Source of the DNA: Octopus vulgaris
Taxonomy: Eukaryota
Assembly (NCBI GenBank): GCA_951406725.2
Contig: OX597824.1
Coordinates: forward strand, 62,001 to 126,000
Direction of reading: 5' to 3'
Length of the DNA stretch: 64,000 nucleotides
In this document: in pieces, positions 1 through 12,881 of the stretch
Numbering within the stretch: the stretch's first letter is position 1
Layout of the letters: the number at the start of each line of letters is the position of its first letter
The notes under the pieces: model-generated
What the model saw: only the letters and a program-made list of their open reading frames with translations
Told to the model about the DNA's origin: nothing
The model's database searches: none
Translations under genes and position numbers: made by a program

Positions 1-193
1 TTGAACCAAACGCTCATATTTACAGCTGAAATAAATATAAATATTACTCGCCGAAGTTTTGATAAACAGTTTTTATCGAATGATAAATATACTTAAATCA
101 ACATCACTGAACTCCACGGCTTTCACTCTCAATATGTTTTGATGATAAAATGTGTCTAGCAAACACACACATACGCACACACACACACACGCA

Positions 194-252
<59 letters not shown>

Positions 253-402
253 ACACAGCTTGTTGCAAGCTTTAGTACCCCGTTAGTTGATTTAAGAATA
301 TTTTTTTAGTGAAATGATTGCCGAGTAATGTTAATTTCCACCATTTGTTTTCGCTGCAATATATATATTGCACACACACACACACACACACACACTCTCT
401 CT

Positions 403-441
<39 letters not shown>

Positions 442-543
442 TCTCTCTCTCTCTCTCTCTCTTACACACACACACACATACACACGCACACACACATTCG
501 CACGCTTGCTTACATATAAACAAATATATATATATATATGTAT

Positions 544-975
544 AACGGGAAGGTTTACGAAAATAAACAAATGACGAAGGCAGGTGGAATACAAACAAAC
601 AATTGTATTAGTATGGCGCTCAGGAATATAAATAAAACAAGTCTTTTACGTTTCGAGCCTACGCTCTTCAACAGAAAGATACACAGAAAAGAAACACGGA
701 GAGAAACAAGGAGAGAAAAAAAATGCGTGCAGGGGCTAGCGAATCAACATGGCGATCTGATTTCGGCCAGAAGTCTAAGATCAAACGTGAGACGCAAGAG
801 GGATAGTAGGGGAGATAACAAGGTCAAATGACCTCGCCCCAACATAAGGGTGCGTGTGTGTATGAGAGAGTATGTATGTGCGTATGAAAGGTCTGGACGT
901 GTGTATGTATGTATGATGTGATGTGTAATGTCGTATGGTGTAGTGTAGTGTGGTGGGAGGTTTATATTTATATTT
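544..975 (-). mobile_element. 3' terminal (pLTR/3'UTR) fragment of a Penelope-like element
   Basis: Near-identical to 52918-53260, which lies downstream of the GIY-YIG ORF at 53555-54812; starts at a (TA)n tract; contains a hammerhead-like motif. Confidence 0.8.
642..679 (-). ncRNA. Minimal type-I hammerhead-like motif, variant core CUGUUGA
   Basis: Minus strand reads TCTTT-CTGTTGA-A-GAGC gtag GCTC-GAA-ACGT-A-AAAGA: stem I TCTTT/AAAGA, stem II GAGC/GCTC, palindromic stem III ACGT. Confidence 0.7.
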
Positions 976-1005
976 GTTTATATATATATAGAGAGAGAGA
1001 CAGAC

Positions 1006-1069
<64 letters not shown>

Positions 1070-1104
1070 CGATAGACAGATAGATGCGTATCTATCATAT
1101 ATTT

Positions 1105-1304
1105 TTTACATTTGTTTCAATCATTAGACTGTGGCCATGCTGGGGCACCGCATCGAAGAATTTTAGTCGATCGAATCGGCCCCAGTACTTACGTTTTTTA
1201 AAAACTGATACATATCGGCTTCTTTTTCCGAATCGCTAAGTGACGGGGACATAAACACACCGACTCCGGTTGTCAAGCGGAGGTGGAGACAAACACAAGC
1301 ACAA

Positions 1305-1364
<60 letters not shown>

Positions 1365-1517
1365 ACGACGGACTTCTTCCGGTTTCCGTTTATCAAATCC
1401 ACTCACAAGGGTTTGGTCGGTCCGAGGCTATAGTAGACGCCACATGCCCATGGTACCGCGCTGAGAGACTGAACTGGAGACCATGTAGTCGGAAAGCGTA
1501 CATCCTATCACACAGTT
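1105..1517 (-). mobile_element. tRNA-derived CORE-type SINE (family A)
   Basis: Reverse complement of the family exemplified by 13079-13477, with internal (CA)n. Confidence 0.85.
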
Positions 1518-1564
1518 ATGTCTTTTTTTTCTCTTTCCGAACCCCCTTCTCTTTCTACAGTCCT

Positions 1565-1604
1565 TCTTTTCTGGTGAGTGACTTTATGTCCGAAACGTCA
1601 ATGA
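1565..1604 (+). ncRNA. Degenerate minimal hammerhead motif
   Basis: CTGGTGA-GTGAC tttat GTCC-GAA-ACGT-C; stem I only weakly paired. Confidence 0.45.
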
Positions 1605-2689
1605 CACTTTTCGCTTTCCCTTTTTTCTGTTCTTTTTTTCATGTCGATAGACCCTAAACTCCCTACGACCCATGTAACATCGCCAGCATCACTGATGGTG
1701 CATCCCAGAGCATCCAATTAAAGAATCGTGAAATCAGATTTAATCTTTTTCTTGTGTTGCTCTCTGGTTGCGTTTGTGAAAAATAGAACAAGTACTTAAA
1801 AAGTGACTTTAAAAACAAATTGCTTTTAGTTTATCACAACAAATGTGAATGATTGCTCGAATGGATTCTTAAAATTATATATTTTATTTCATTATACTTT
1901 TTAACGGTTTCAGTCATTGGATTGCGGCCATACTGGGACATCACCTTCAAAAAATATTAGTCGATCATAACCGCGGTATTATTTCAGACTGTACCTAGCT
2001 TACTCTTAACTATTTATGGACTTTCTGAATCAAATGCACGAGACAGATTATAAGGTTGAAAAAACGAAAAAAAAAGAAGCAAAAACAGATCCTAAACTTC
2101 CTACGTCTCCAGTAACGGCACTAATATCACAGAGGATGCTTCTCAGAGCATCCAAGCGCTGTATCTGGAAGCCAGATATAATCTGAGTGTGCTTGTTAAA
2201 AAAAATGAATCAAGAATTCGAAAAGAGACAGTAAAGAAAAGTAATTTAAGTTCGCTATTCACGGCGCCAACGGTGGCGACCATTGGCTAACACTTTTGGC
2301 GGAAGGTGTTGACCAAGTGCTCAAGAGAGCCTCTTCCTGCACGCAGAAACTAATAAAAGATAAAATAAAATAAAAGAACAGTAGAAAATAATTCCTCTTG
2401 AGTAATCATCGTCAATGATAATGTCATGTTAACGTATTAAAATATTTTGCTCCTGAATGTTGTGTTTCTCTAATGTTCGATTTATTTTCTACAAACGCAA
2501 GCAGACGACAGTATAATACCAGAGAGATTATGTCTGGAATATTTTGGAAAAGAAACCATAATAGTTGAAACAGAAATGCTTCTTTTTTATTAGTATGTTT
2601 TTTTTAAAAATATTTTCAATAGTTGATGTTATTGTTTTTATTGTCATATTGTCAATGTTGTTTAGTCTCAAACAAATCGAATGGCTAAA

Positions 2690-2860
2690 GACATTCCAGC
2701 TGTGACCGTCCCGTATTTTAAGGGATATCTTGGAATACATTATTTAGCGTGTCTGTTTTCTTTTAATTTAAGACGTGATTTGATTTGTCATTTAAGAGAG
2801 ATTTGGTTGTCATTTCTAGCAAATCAAGTAGCCGTATGAACGCTCTCCTTTTTTGGTTCA
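2690..2860 (-). repeat. Dispersed repeat (family D; also 8950-9140 and the source of the 107-bp tandem unit)
   Basis: Reverse complement resembles GCTAGAAATAGCAGCCAAATCTCCCTCAAATCACAC in 29478-29957. Confidence 0.55.
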
Positions 2861-2929
2861 TATTTCCGACAGTGGATTGACACGGTCGTTAGAGCATCCA
2901 ACAAACGACATGTTTGGATATTTAATTAC

Positions 2930-3287
2930 GAATCCAGGTAAAAAAAAAGGTCACGGAAAAAAATGTCACAGGAAAAGAAGTCACATGCAATGCCATCATA
3001 TATAGTGTTGTCAATATGTACAAGTCATGTATTGCCAGTTAATTGACTTTAAATATTTTCTGTTTTATTACCTTAATTGTTTATAGAACTTTGATAAACT
3101 GTAACTGACTTGAAGAATATTTTTGCTTTCTTTCCTAGACAAAATTTCTTTCCTGACTTTCTTTCCTAGACAAAATTTCTTTCCTGACTTTCTTTCCTAG
3201 ACAAAATTTCTTTCCTGACTTTCTTTCCTAGCCAAAATTGTGACATTTTTTTTGTGACTTTTTCCCTGTGACTTTATTACCGGCCGC
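2930..3287. mobile_element. Foldback MITE, probably Mutator-like
   Basis: Inverted subterminal repeats (AAAAAGTCAC vs GTGACTTTTT), G...C ends, 9-bp near-duplicated flank TTTAATTAC/ATTAATTAC, internal ~31-bp tandem x4 at 3125-3240. Confidence 0.65.
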
Positions 3288-3302
3288 ATTAATTACAGCC
3301 TT

Positions 3303-3445
3303 TTACGTTCTTAGTTCAAATCCTGATGAGATCAACTTGGATTTTAAACCTTCTAGGGTCGATAAAACAAAGTACCGGTCAAGTACTGGGATGAATTTAA
3401 TTGACAGTATTCTAGCCTCAAACGTTTGTCCTTGCAAATAAACTT
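3303..3445 (+). mobile_element. SINE family B fragment
   Basis: TTACGTTCT..GTTCAAATCC..GTCGATAAAA..AAGTACC motif shared with 46463-46660 and 56112-56246. Confidence 0.6.
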
Positions 3446-3799
3446 TCTGCGAGCGGAGCTCGTATATCTGTTCCAAATCTCGTTTAGCATCGCTACACTT
3501 CATTTATTTATGCCACCAAAACACTTGAGTAAAGAATGAATGTTCTTACAATCTTAGTCCTAATCCCAATAAATGCATGACATTAGCTAGTTATAAAACC
3601 TGTAAAAGAGATGGAGGAACTAACCATACTGAGAAGTACTGTTTATCGCCATTTCAACATAGCTGTTCTGTAGGAACCGACGTTACTGCGATTTTTAACC
3701 CCCGGAGGACGCCTCCCCCAGCTGGCTATTCGATGCAATCTGCATCCGCTATATATTGCAAGCAGGGGAGTGATCTCCTACCATCTTCTAGCCACGAGA

Positions 3800-3848
3800 C
3801 CACTAGACCGTACGGTTTCGACTTATTTGTGATCATCCTCAGTGGTGG
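3800..3848 (-). ncRNA. Minimal type-I hammerhead motif
   Basis: Minus strand CCACCA-CTGAGGA-TGAT..AGTC-GAA-ACCGTACGGT-C-TAGTGG; palindromic stem III, GUC site. Confidence 0.7.
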
Positions 3849-4184
3849 ATACTCGCCCGTTAAATCCAGCTCGCAATATATAAAAAACTAGCTTAAGATG
3901 ACCCACTCTGCGCGTGGGTAAGAGTGTGGTTGTTACTTTCTGTTGCTTCCTTTTAGTTTCTTATCGCCACATTATCCCACTTTGTTTCTCTCTCCTTTAT
4001 CTCTCACCTTCCCACTCTCTTACTCTTCCTTTCTCTCGGACTCTCCCTCGTTTTCTCTTACTCTCTATCTTTCCCCATCTACCTCTCTCCTATTTATAAG
4101 AAATTAGGTTTCTGCGCTTAATCCGCTTCCACTTTACCACGTTGAATATTAGATTGAAATTGGGCAGAAGATGTCCAGTCTTAA

Positions 4185-4610
4185 AATAAATTAGCAGTTC
4201 GCCATCGAGATCGATAAAATGACTTAGCGGTTCTCCAAAGAAGATCGATAAAATAACTTAGAGGTTCACCAAAGGGGATCGATAAAATAACTTAGAGGTT
4301 CACCAAAGGGGAACGATAAAATAACTTAGCGGTTCGCCAAAGGAGATCGATGAAATAACAGCGGTTCACCAATCGAGATCGATAAAATAAGTTAGCAGTT
4401 CTCCAAAGGATAAAGATAAAATAACTTAGCGGTTCACCAAATGAGATTGATAAAATAACATAGCGTTTCACCAAACGTGATCGATAAAATAACCTATCAG
4501 TTTGCCAAAGAAGATCGATAAAATGACTTAGCGGTTCGCCAAAGGGGTTCGATGAAATAACTTAATGGTTCGCCAAATGCGATTGATAAAAATAAATAAG
4601 CGGTTCGACG
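4185..4610. repeat. ~31-32 bp minisatellite, about 13 units
   Basis: Recurring GATCGATAAAATAACTTAGCGGTTCGCCAAA. Confidence 0.9.
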
Positions 4611-4880
4611 CCCCCAATAATTTTGAAAATCTTTATTATACATATAACATAAGCATAAATACTGTGGATGATTAAATTCAGCTTTGACAAAAAGTTGGGA
4701 ATTACTCAATTGGATTTTACAATTGAATTTGTTTGCTTTACGTGGATGTATGAAATGATAACTATATTCTGATTGTCTGGTTTATATGCTTATACGCATG
4801 TATTTTGTATGCATATATATATATTGAATCTTGTATCGTGAATTTTTGATGTGTTAGAAGACATTACTATAGTATGTAAG

Positions 4881-4928
<48 letters not shown>

Positions 4929-5036
4929 ACGTATGCATATTTGGATATTTGTTTATTGTTTATTTTTTATATATTAAGTAATATGTGTATCATGTTTAGT
5001 ATATTAATATTAATATTAATATTTTTAAAGTTCTTT

Positions 5037-5187
5037 ATTACCTCTGTCGAGGCCTATGGTTTTTGTAATATATTGTATTTTTGTATTATATTTTTTAAAT
5101 GCCTACAACCTTAGTATGTTGACATCTATAGGCAATGAAAATTAAATTTACTTTTGACCATAGGCTGAAACAGATGTGAGAAGTAAT
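5037..5187 (+). ncRNA. Hammerhead-like motif with core CUGUCGA and ~95-nt stem-II insertion
   Basis: CTGTCGA-GGCCTATGGT...ACCATAGGCT-GAA-ACAGATGT; 10-bp stem II; partial stem I ATTAC/GTAAT; G at the cleavage position, so probably inactive. Confidence 0.55.
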
Positions 5188-5391
5188 CTTTAAGATTTCA
5201 CTAATTTATACTATGAATTTTAAAATCTGTATTTGTATTATTATCTTTTCTGTTGATTTATATAATATTTTTCTATGCTTTTGATGTTCTAATTTGTATA
5301 ATGAATAAATAATCCAACATTATAATATCTGTAAGTTGATGAACAAACCAAATTTGTTTCTCCATTTTCTTATTTGTATTATATATTTATA

Positions 5392-5423
<32 letters not shown>

Positions 5424-5428
5424 CTTAC

Positions 5429-5479
<51 letters not shown>

Positions 5480-5535
5480 TGCCCCAGCATTGCTGCAGCC
5501 TCAAGGCTGAAGCATATAACAATAAAAGAATAAAA

Positions 5536-5570
<35 letters not shown>

Positions 5571-5571
<1 letters not shown>

Positions 5572-6056
5572 TAGCATTATGACCCGTCGCTGCCGGGTCA
5601 TAGTGCTAGTGCATGTATATATGTGTATATATATATGTGTACATATTACATGTACATCTATATATATATATATATATATACATCTACACATAAAATACAA
5701 AATACAAAGTTATATCTTGTTATCGCTAGTGATAACAATACTCAAAATATATAACAGACTGGAATTGTTAGCCCGTCTCTTGTAATTTCGATCAATTGTA
5801 TCTTGTCCTCCCTCTTGTATAGAAGTGTGGCTACAATCCAGCCTACCTCTACTTCTGGGGGTCGGGGGCATTTAAAATTATTTTCCGGGACATCCTACGT
5901 CCCAGATATAAAGGTAAAACTAAAATATTTCCACTTTGCAAGTTCGAGTCGAGTACTCCTTTGCACGCTCCGTTGACTCGCTCCGTTGACATATATATAT
6001 ACACATATATACATGCACTAGCACTATGACCAGGCAACGACGGGTCTTTAATGCTA

Positions 6057-6057
<1 letters not shown>
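5571..6057. mobile_element. Element bounded by inverted Helitron-like 3' ends
   Basis: Both ends CTAGCA..TGACCCG..CGGGTC..TGCTAG, ~70-bp inverted arms, inside (TA)n. Confidence 0.55.
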
Positions 6058-6110
<53 letters not shown>

Positions 6111-6182
6111 ATACGTATATATATACATATATATTTTTACATACACACATGTACGCATATATATAAACACAGAGAAAGAGAC

Positions 6183-6213
<31 letters not shown>

Positions 6214-6899
6214 GACACAGAGAGAGAGAGAGAGAGAGAGATTGAGAAGAAGAGAGACATAGCTACACGCACACACACACACACAGACATTTACATACGG
6301 ATGGATGCGATGCGGTCATTTTTACCTTTGAAAGCTATAACCAAAAGTGTTTTAATGCATAAATTTTCTCTTTTTCCATTTATTTTTCTAATTATTCATT
6401 TATTCCTTTATTTGCCAATTCATCAATGAAAGATTTTTTTTATACGTTTATATATTTTTATATTTATTCATTTCATTATTTATATCGATGTGATTTCGCA
6501 AAGAAAATCTATATTCCATTCAAAGAAACTATTACACAGTATTTCCTGTTATCTCTCATTATAAGAACTACGGCCTGGTTATTATATTTTTTCACTCGTA
6601 TAACATTCTTTTTAAAATTTCGATTTTCTCCCCATATTTTTTTTATTATTCTATTTTATTTTGCTCTCTGACGTCAGCACCGTTGAACTTAATTTTCATT
6701 TTTCTCGTCTTTCTAAATACGTCACTGCGGCTGGCGGAATCTAATAATTTAATAGGTAGAAGTTTTACTTCGTCTTTTGATTATTTTAACAAAAAAATGT
6801 TGGGAAATATCTTACAGCGAGTCAAGTAAGGGATTTATTGTCCAAGCAGACGAAATGGCGATTGTGTTTTATTGAGAGAAAAACGCAGAAAATAAGCCA

Positions 6900-7420
6900 C
6901 CTCACGGGACTCATTCCTGCTGATGGAAACCTCTGTTCCTATACTGATAGGCGGCGAAGAAGTGTTCATTGAGACACTGCGGAGGCACTGTCTCGAAATG
7001 AACATGTCGTAGAAAGAAGTATTCCTTTTGACTGGGGAGTTAACAAAAATGTTTTTCTTTCTGGGACTTCTCCAGAAATTTGTCTTCTAATGTCTGATAT
7101 GTGCTATAAGAATAACATTGGAGGAGAGTACAGTATGTTCTCTTCCAATGACACTATCCGAGCACGGCCAGGTTGGCCTCCAGGCTTCGTTTTCAATACG
7201 ACTGACCCTCTGATGGTGGAGCGATGGTGTTGCAAAGAGATCATACCGTTACAGCTTGAAAACGGTTGTAAGCATTGCATCTTTTGGTCTTTGCGCATGA
7301 TGGGCAGAAGTTGCTCATTGGAAGTAAACCCACCCACCATTTCCCAAGTGTTGTTGAATGCTGGCGTTTTTTCATATATGGGAAAGACAACATAGTGCCA
7401 AAAAGCCAGTTGTCTTGTCA
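6900..7420 (-). pseudogene. Highly decayed Tc1/mariner-superfamily transposase remnant
   Basis: Minus-strand peptide GSVVLKTKPGGQPGRARIVSLEENI resembles the N-terminal GSV..GRPR..EN motif of IS630-Tc1-mariner transposases; no TIR identified. Confidence 0.35.
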
Positions 7421-7790
7421 CGTATGAATGTATTTATATTATTATTTAACCCATAGTAAAGTTTGCAATGATTAAATTTATTTAATTTCTTATTTACCTT
7501 ATACTGTGCATAAATAGATATCATTCAGTTAACGGCGTGCCACCGAATCCCATTTATGCATATTAGGCTACCAGCCATTGTGCTAGCTTAATTCATGACT
7601 TCTTATACAATATCTGACCTATGCCACAGACTGAAAAACGAAGGTAAGCACAGTCTCTCTGGAGAGCGCTCAAGAACCATGAAACCATCCGCCAGAAGAT
7701 TCTCACTCGCTTTTTTTTCACATATTCATAGTATAGAAAGAATGAGTTGACATTATTATTTAACCCACATTAGGACTTCGTAACACACAT

Positions 7791-7861
<71 letters not shown>

Positions 7862-8003
7862 CACACACAAACATATATATATACACACAAACATATATAT
7901 ATACACACAATCATTAATATTTATTAGAGTTTGGCGGCGTAGCAATATGGCATTTCAAATAATTCAGTTATCTATGTCTATCTCTGTCTTTTTTTCTGCC
8001 TGC

Positions 8004-8099
<96 letters not shown>

Positions 8100-9329
8100 T
8101 CATCCAGCCAGCCAGCCAGCCAGCCATCTTGATCTATCTGCCCTTATCGCTATAAATCCGTCTATCACTCTTTGTATTCATGTGTGTCTGTGTGCGTCTG
8201 CGTGCGAGTGCGTACGTGTGTGTGCGTGCGTGTGCGTGTGTGTCCGTCCATTTATGCTTTATGTTTTTATTCGTCTAGTTGTCTTGATTTCTGTCTTTCT
8301 GTCTCCTTGCGTATTATGTAGAGGATATTTTGTTTTCTTTAGGAATACAAGAAAGACAAAAGGTTTGAAGTTTGAAGGAAATCGTATGGTTGGACAGTGT
8401 AAGAGATGAGAAGACAACTTCCGAGATTGGTGGCTGAATCACGATCACGTGACGCAGCAGCACGTCTTTAATCGTTGAACAAACGATGCAATGTAAATAA
8501 TATAAAGTGAGGAGTCAACGCCGAAGGAAGACCGGCGGAAAGGAGATAAGTTGAGAGCAAAGGAGGGAGGAAAGGACTGTACGAAGTGAATAAGAAGACA
8601 GGAAGGACAGAAGGGAGGGCGAGGGGCGAATAAGGGAAGAAATAGGAAGACAGAATGAAAGAGAGAAAAACAAAGAACAGAATAAAAGAATAGAATAAAA
8701 GTCTAAAGCAGAATAAAACGATTTGTGACGAACTTAATGGATCTCGTGTAGTTTTCACTGAGTGAATGTTTTAACTGTTTAATTAACGGGACTAACTATT
8801 CTGTGTGTTACAGTAAAATTGTTTGAGTATTGTACAAACGTTTGTGCTCTTAACATAATCTTTAGGCAAACTCAAGATGGCGACAACTTATGGGAAATGG
8901 CTGAACTTTTGAACTGAATTATAACTGAAGTTCTCTACTGTATATAACATAACACTGCATAAGAGGGTTTTATATGGTCGTTCAACCTCCAAACAATGGC
9001 TCTCCAATCTCCCTCAAATCGTATCCTACACACTAAAATAAGCAGAAGATATAATGGATAATGCTGACCTACATGCAGTCTAAAATGCTCAAGGTAATCA
9101 GAGTTGGAACTGCTGGATCACGGATACCCTGGGCTAAATCACCTCCGTCACAATTACAATCACAGCAACAACAAATGCATTATAGTGTAAATATTTGTGA
9201 TGCAGGAATGCGGAATGAAAAGAAGATGGAAAGCTCTCAGGAACAGGGAAGAAATACTAATGAAAACCCCCTACCAACAAAATGAGACTCCGTGTGGAAA
9301 GGGAGAAAAACATGCGCGAACTTGCTCAG

Positions 9330-10095
9330 TTCATCTCTATTGAACTGCATAGAATTCATCTTCCTTGGAAATATCAACGAAGAGTTCATTGAAAATTTTA
9401 ACTAACTTCAGAAAAAGTTTTAGAAAACTTAATCCACAGAGGATGTACTTGAGCACAGGAAGATTTCCCATATAGAGTACAGACGAGTACAGTCTATAAT
9501 ATATCTTTATGAGATAGCGATAAGAAATGCCCATCAAATCAAAAACCGTTAAACCTTTTCCTCTCCGAATGATTTTCATAAGGCTCTTCAAAACGTCTAT
9601 CTTTGTTTTCAGACTTTTGGTTATCCCTTGTTCAGAGTAGTATAAAGCTTTTCTTTCATAAGTCCCAAATTATCCTGGTGGTTCAAAAAATTGGGAATGT
9701 CTATCATACATAATGCATGGATTCCAGGGAAATATGTCCTGTGCATCCCATATGATACACAGCACAGGCGCAGGATTAAGACGAGCGTCTCCACAGAATC
9801 TAAAGAACAGAAAGAAAAGAAAACTATCAAAAACATTTTGCAGCCAAATCCATACATTTTGGTCAAAATACTGATATTTTTGTTTTGTGTGTGAATAAGA
9901 GAATAATACAAACCAGTAACAATAACAACGCACACAAACCTTGGCGAATAAGAATAACGACTGTTATTTGAGAAAATAACGATGGAAAAGATTTCATCTT
10001 TTTGCAAACTTGCAAAAGACGTTCTGTTTTCGAATGGTTTTCCCTAAATTCTATAGCAGTATGCCATGGACACTAGCATTTACATTTCGGTTGTC
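9330..10095 (-). pseudogene. Decayed RTE-like LINE reverse transcriptase fragment
   Basis: Broken minus-strand peptides (ILTKMYGFGC..FL..SLDSVETLV; SYGMHRTYFPG; PVLKYIL) appear in the order expected of RTE RT motifs; many frameshifts. Confidence 0.45.
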
Positions 10096-11204
10096 GCGAT
10101 TCTTAGCATTAGTTTAGCAATAAATGTGCTGAGAACGAATTCTGTACGAATGCAATACCTCTTTAATCTCTCTAATTTGTTTCAATTTTAAAGCTGCGGT
10201 CATGCTGGGGCACCACCGTCGTTTAGAAATAAAACATCTTATGGATGATCGCTGATCAAACCGATCAAATCTTAGAAGTAAAGAGGAGTTAATCGCCTGA
10301 AAAAACATTATTATGCTGTAGATTTTCTTATTTAGTCCCAATCAAAAGAAAACTATTATCGATCGGTTGGATGCATCAAGGATGAGGGATTAGCAGAATT
10401 GGTAGAGCGTCGGAAGAAAACATTGACGTATCGGATTAGGTTGAGTTCGAATTCTACAGAGATTCTGCAGAGATTCTCAGAGTTGATGGAATACAAAAGT
10501 TACGTACCAATTAAGGTGACTGTTCTTGCACATCAAATCTATAATCATTTTAGTCTTGTGGTTGTAGTAGAATCGATTGAAGAACGGTTTCTTATTTTAT
10601 CGCTGTCAGAGGCAACAATGGTGAAGTCGACCACGGCTGGGTTTGAACTCAGAACCTAGAAGTAATGGCAGTGTTGTGACATTGACGAGTGCTTTTTTTT
10701 TGTTTTTACATGACAGTGAGAGCTGAGTTTGGCTCCTCTTGTGAGACTGAAGCTGTGACAGAAGCAACTTAACACTGCTTGGAATACGGCTGTGGCAAGG
10801 TTGCCAGTCATAAACAGCTCAAACACATCGCCACCACCACCACTGCAGCAACAAAGTTGACACAAGAAACTAAGTTCTGTAATGAATGAATGAATGCATT
10901 TAGTCCAACGCTTTTGTGTCTCAATCACGGAAACACAAATATTCAGTCAGTATGAAAAGAAGAAAGAAAAAAAGAAGAGACGATGGAAGATATTATTGGT
11001 TGATTTTGCTGTAATACAATTTCGATAGTTTGACGTCATGCAGGCTTTCGGTTTAAATCCGACACACGATAAAATAACATCAGTTAGATTGTCTAATTAA
11101 CTAAAGTGACGCCACTAAATTGGTCAGCTACCAAATAGTCCGAGCAGAAATAATTGGTCTTGAAAAGAGTTAAAATCCAAATCGATCACGTTAAATATTG
11201 ATTT

Positions 11205-11830
11205 CTTTTAATATCAGTACAAGGCCAAGAATTTTGAGAGGAAGGTATTGTAGATTAATTAAATAGACCCCAGTACTTGACTGGTACTTCATTCTACCGA
11301 CCCCCATAAAGATGAAAAGCAAAGTTGAGTGGGGCAAAATTTGAACTCCGAATGTAAAGAACCATTATCATAAAACGTCTTGTCCGATGCTCTAATGATT
11401 CTGCCAACCCGCCGTTATACTTTCTTGAAAAATTCATTTTTAATTTTGACACAACGTCAGAAATTTTTGAGGGGAGATTATATTGCCCCCTTATATACTC
11501 AAATGGTACTTTTGAGGAGAGATTATATCGCCCCCTATACTCAAATGGTACATTTTTATCGACCTCGAAAGAATGAAAGCAAAGTTGACCCTAATAATAT
11601 TTGAACCCAGAATGTAAAGAACCAAGCCACCGTAATATTGATTTCAAATTTTAGCACAAGCCCTCAATTTCGGGGGAGGGGGTATGTGGATTACATCAAC
11701 CTTAGCGTTCAACTGCTACTTATTTTACTGACCCCCGAAAGGATGAAAGGCAAAGTCGATTCCGGCAGAATTTGAATTCAGAACGTAAAGACGGACGAAA
11801 TACGGTCGGGCATTTTGCTCGCTGTGTTAA
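11205..11830 (-). mobile_element. Three adjacent SINE family B copies
   Basis: Repeated GATGAAAGGCAAAGTCGA..ATTTGAACTCAGAACGTAAAGA blocks near 11310, 11570 and 11740. Confidence 0.7.
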
Positions 11831-12170
11831 AGAATATATAAATAATGGTAATAAGAAACTAAAAAACAGATAAAGTTTGTTGATTTTGTCACAAGTCACT
11901 TGAGCGGCTGGAGTCGATTCAACAGAACCCAGTGTATACTAACTGATCAACAGGATGAAATACAAAACTGACCGCAAAACCCGAAGGAACCTGACAAATA
12001 AGTTTTTAAAGCAGTTATATTTAATATATACAGTATAATGATTCTCAATTGGTTCTTGGCCAAGAAATAGGAAATAGTCGTTCAAATAAATACATATTGT
12101 CTTGAAATTCTGCAGAAGTTAAATTTACCCTTACTCTAATCCTTTCCGGGTTAAAATGAATCGGATCAAC

Positions 12171-12217
<47 letters not shown>

Positions 12218-12231
12218 GTCTCTCTCTCTCA

Positions 12232-12307
<76 letters not shown>

Positions 12308-12341
12308 GTCTGCCTGTCTGTCTGTCTGTCTATCTAGTCAT

Positions 12342-12393
<52 letters not shown>

Positions 12394-12881
12394 CATATAT
12401 AAACAGTATATACGTAATATATAAATAACATATGTGTATAAATAATATCTAATGATATATATATATATACATCTAATATATATGTAGTTATGTGGGAGGT
12501 CTATCTGTCTGCTTGTATGTATATACGTACGTATAGACTTGTAGGCCGAAATGTCGACGTCACCGTGAACCCTTTTCTTGTAAAAGTTTAGTACACATGT
12601 ACTCTGCTAGAAAGTCGTGAGGAATTCTTTAGTTTGGTTTTAAGTTGTCTTTGTCTACAACTTAAGACGAGAAAGAAAGATAAAAAGAAAAAGTTTTACT
12701 TTATTGTATGCTTTGTTTTTGTTTTATTTTTCTTGATTACTCCCAGTGTTTGTCTAAAAAGTGGCAACGGAATCCGTTCCTCACCATTCCTGCCTAACGG
12801 CTTAAACATGATGTCGCTAACAACATGCTGTATCAAAACCGAGCGAAACAGAGTGCATTTAACGAGATATTCTTTATAACA

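Noticed and set aside
4185-4610. CRISPR-like periodic array
   Set aside because: Units are contiguous degenerate copies with no unique spacers, no cas genes, eukaryotic context
12540-12570. Hammerhead 3' half GCC-GAA-ATGTCGACGT-C (similar half at ~47065 on the minus strand)
   Set aside because: No upstream core or stem I found
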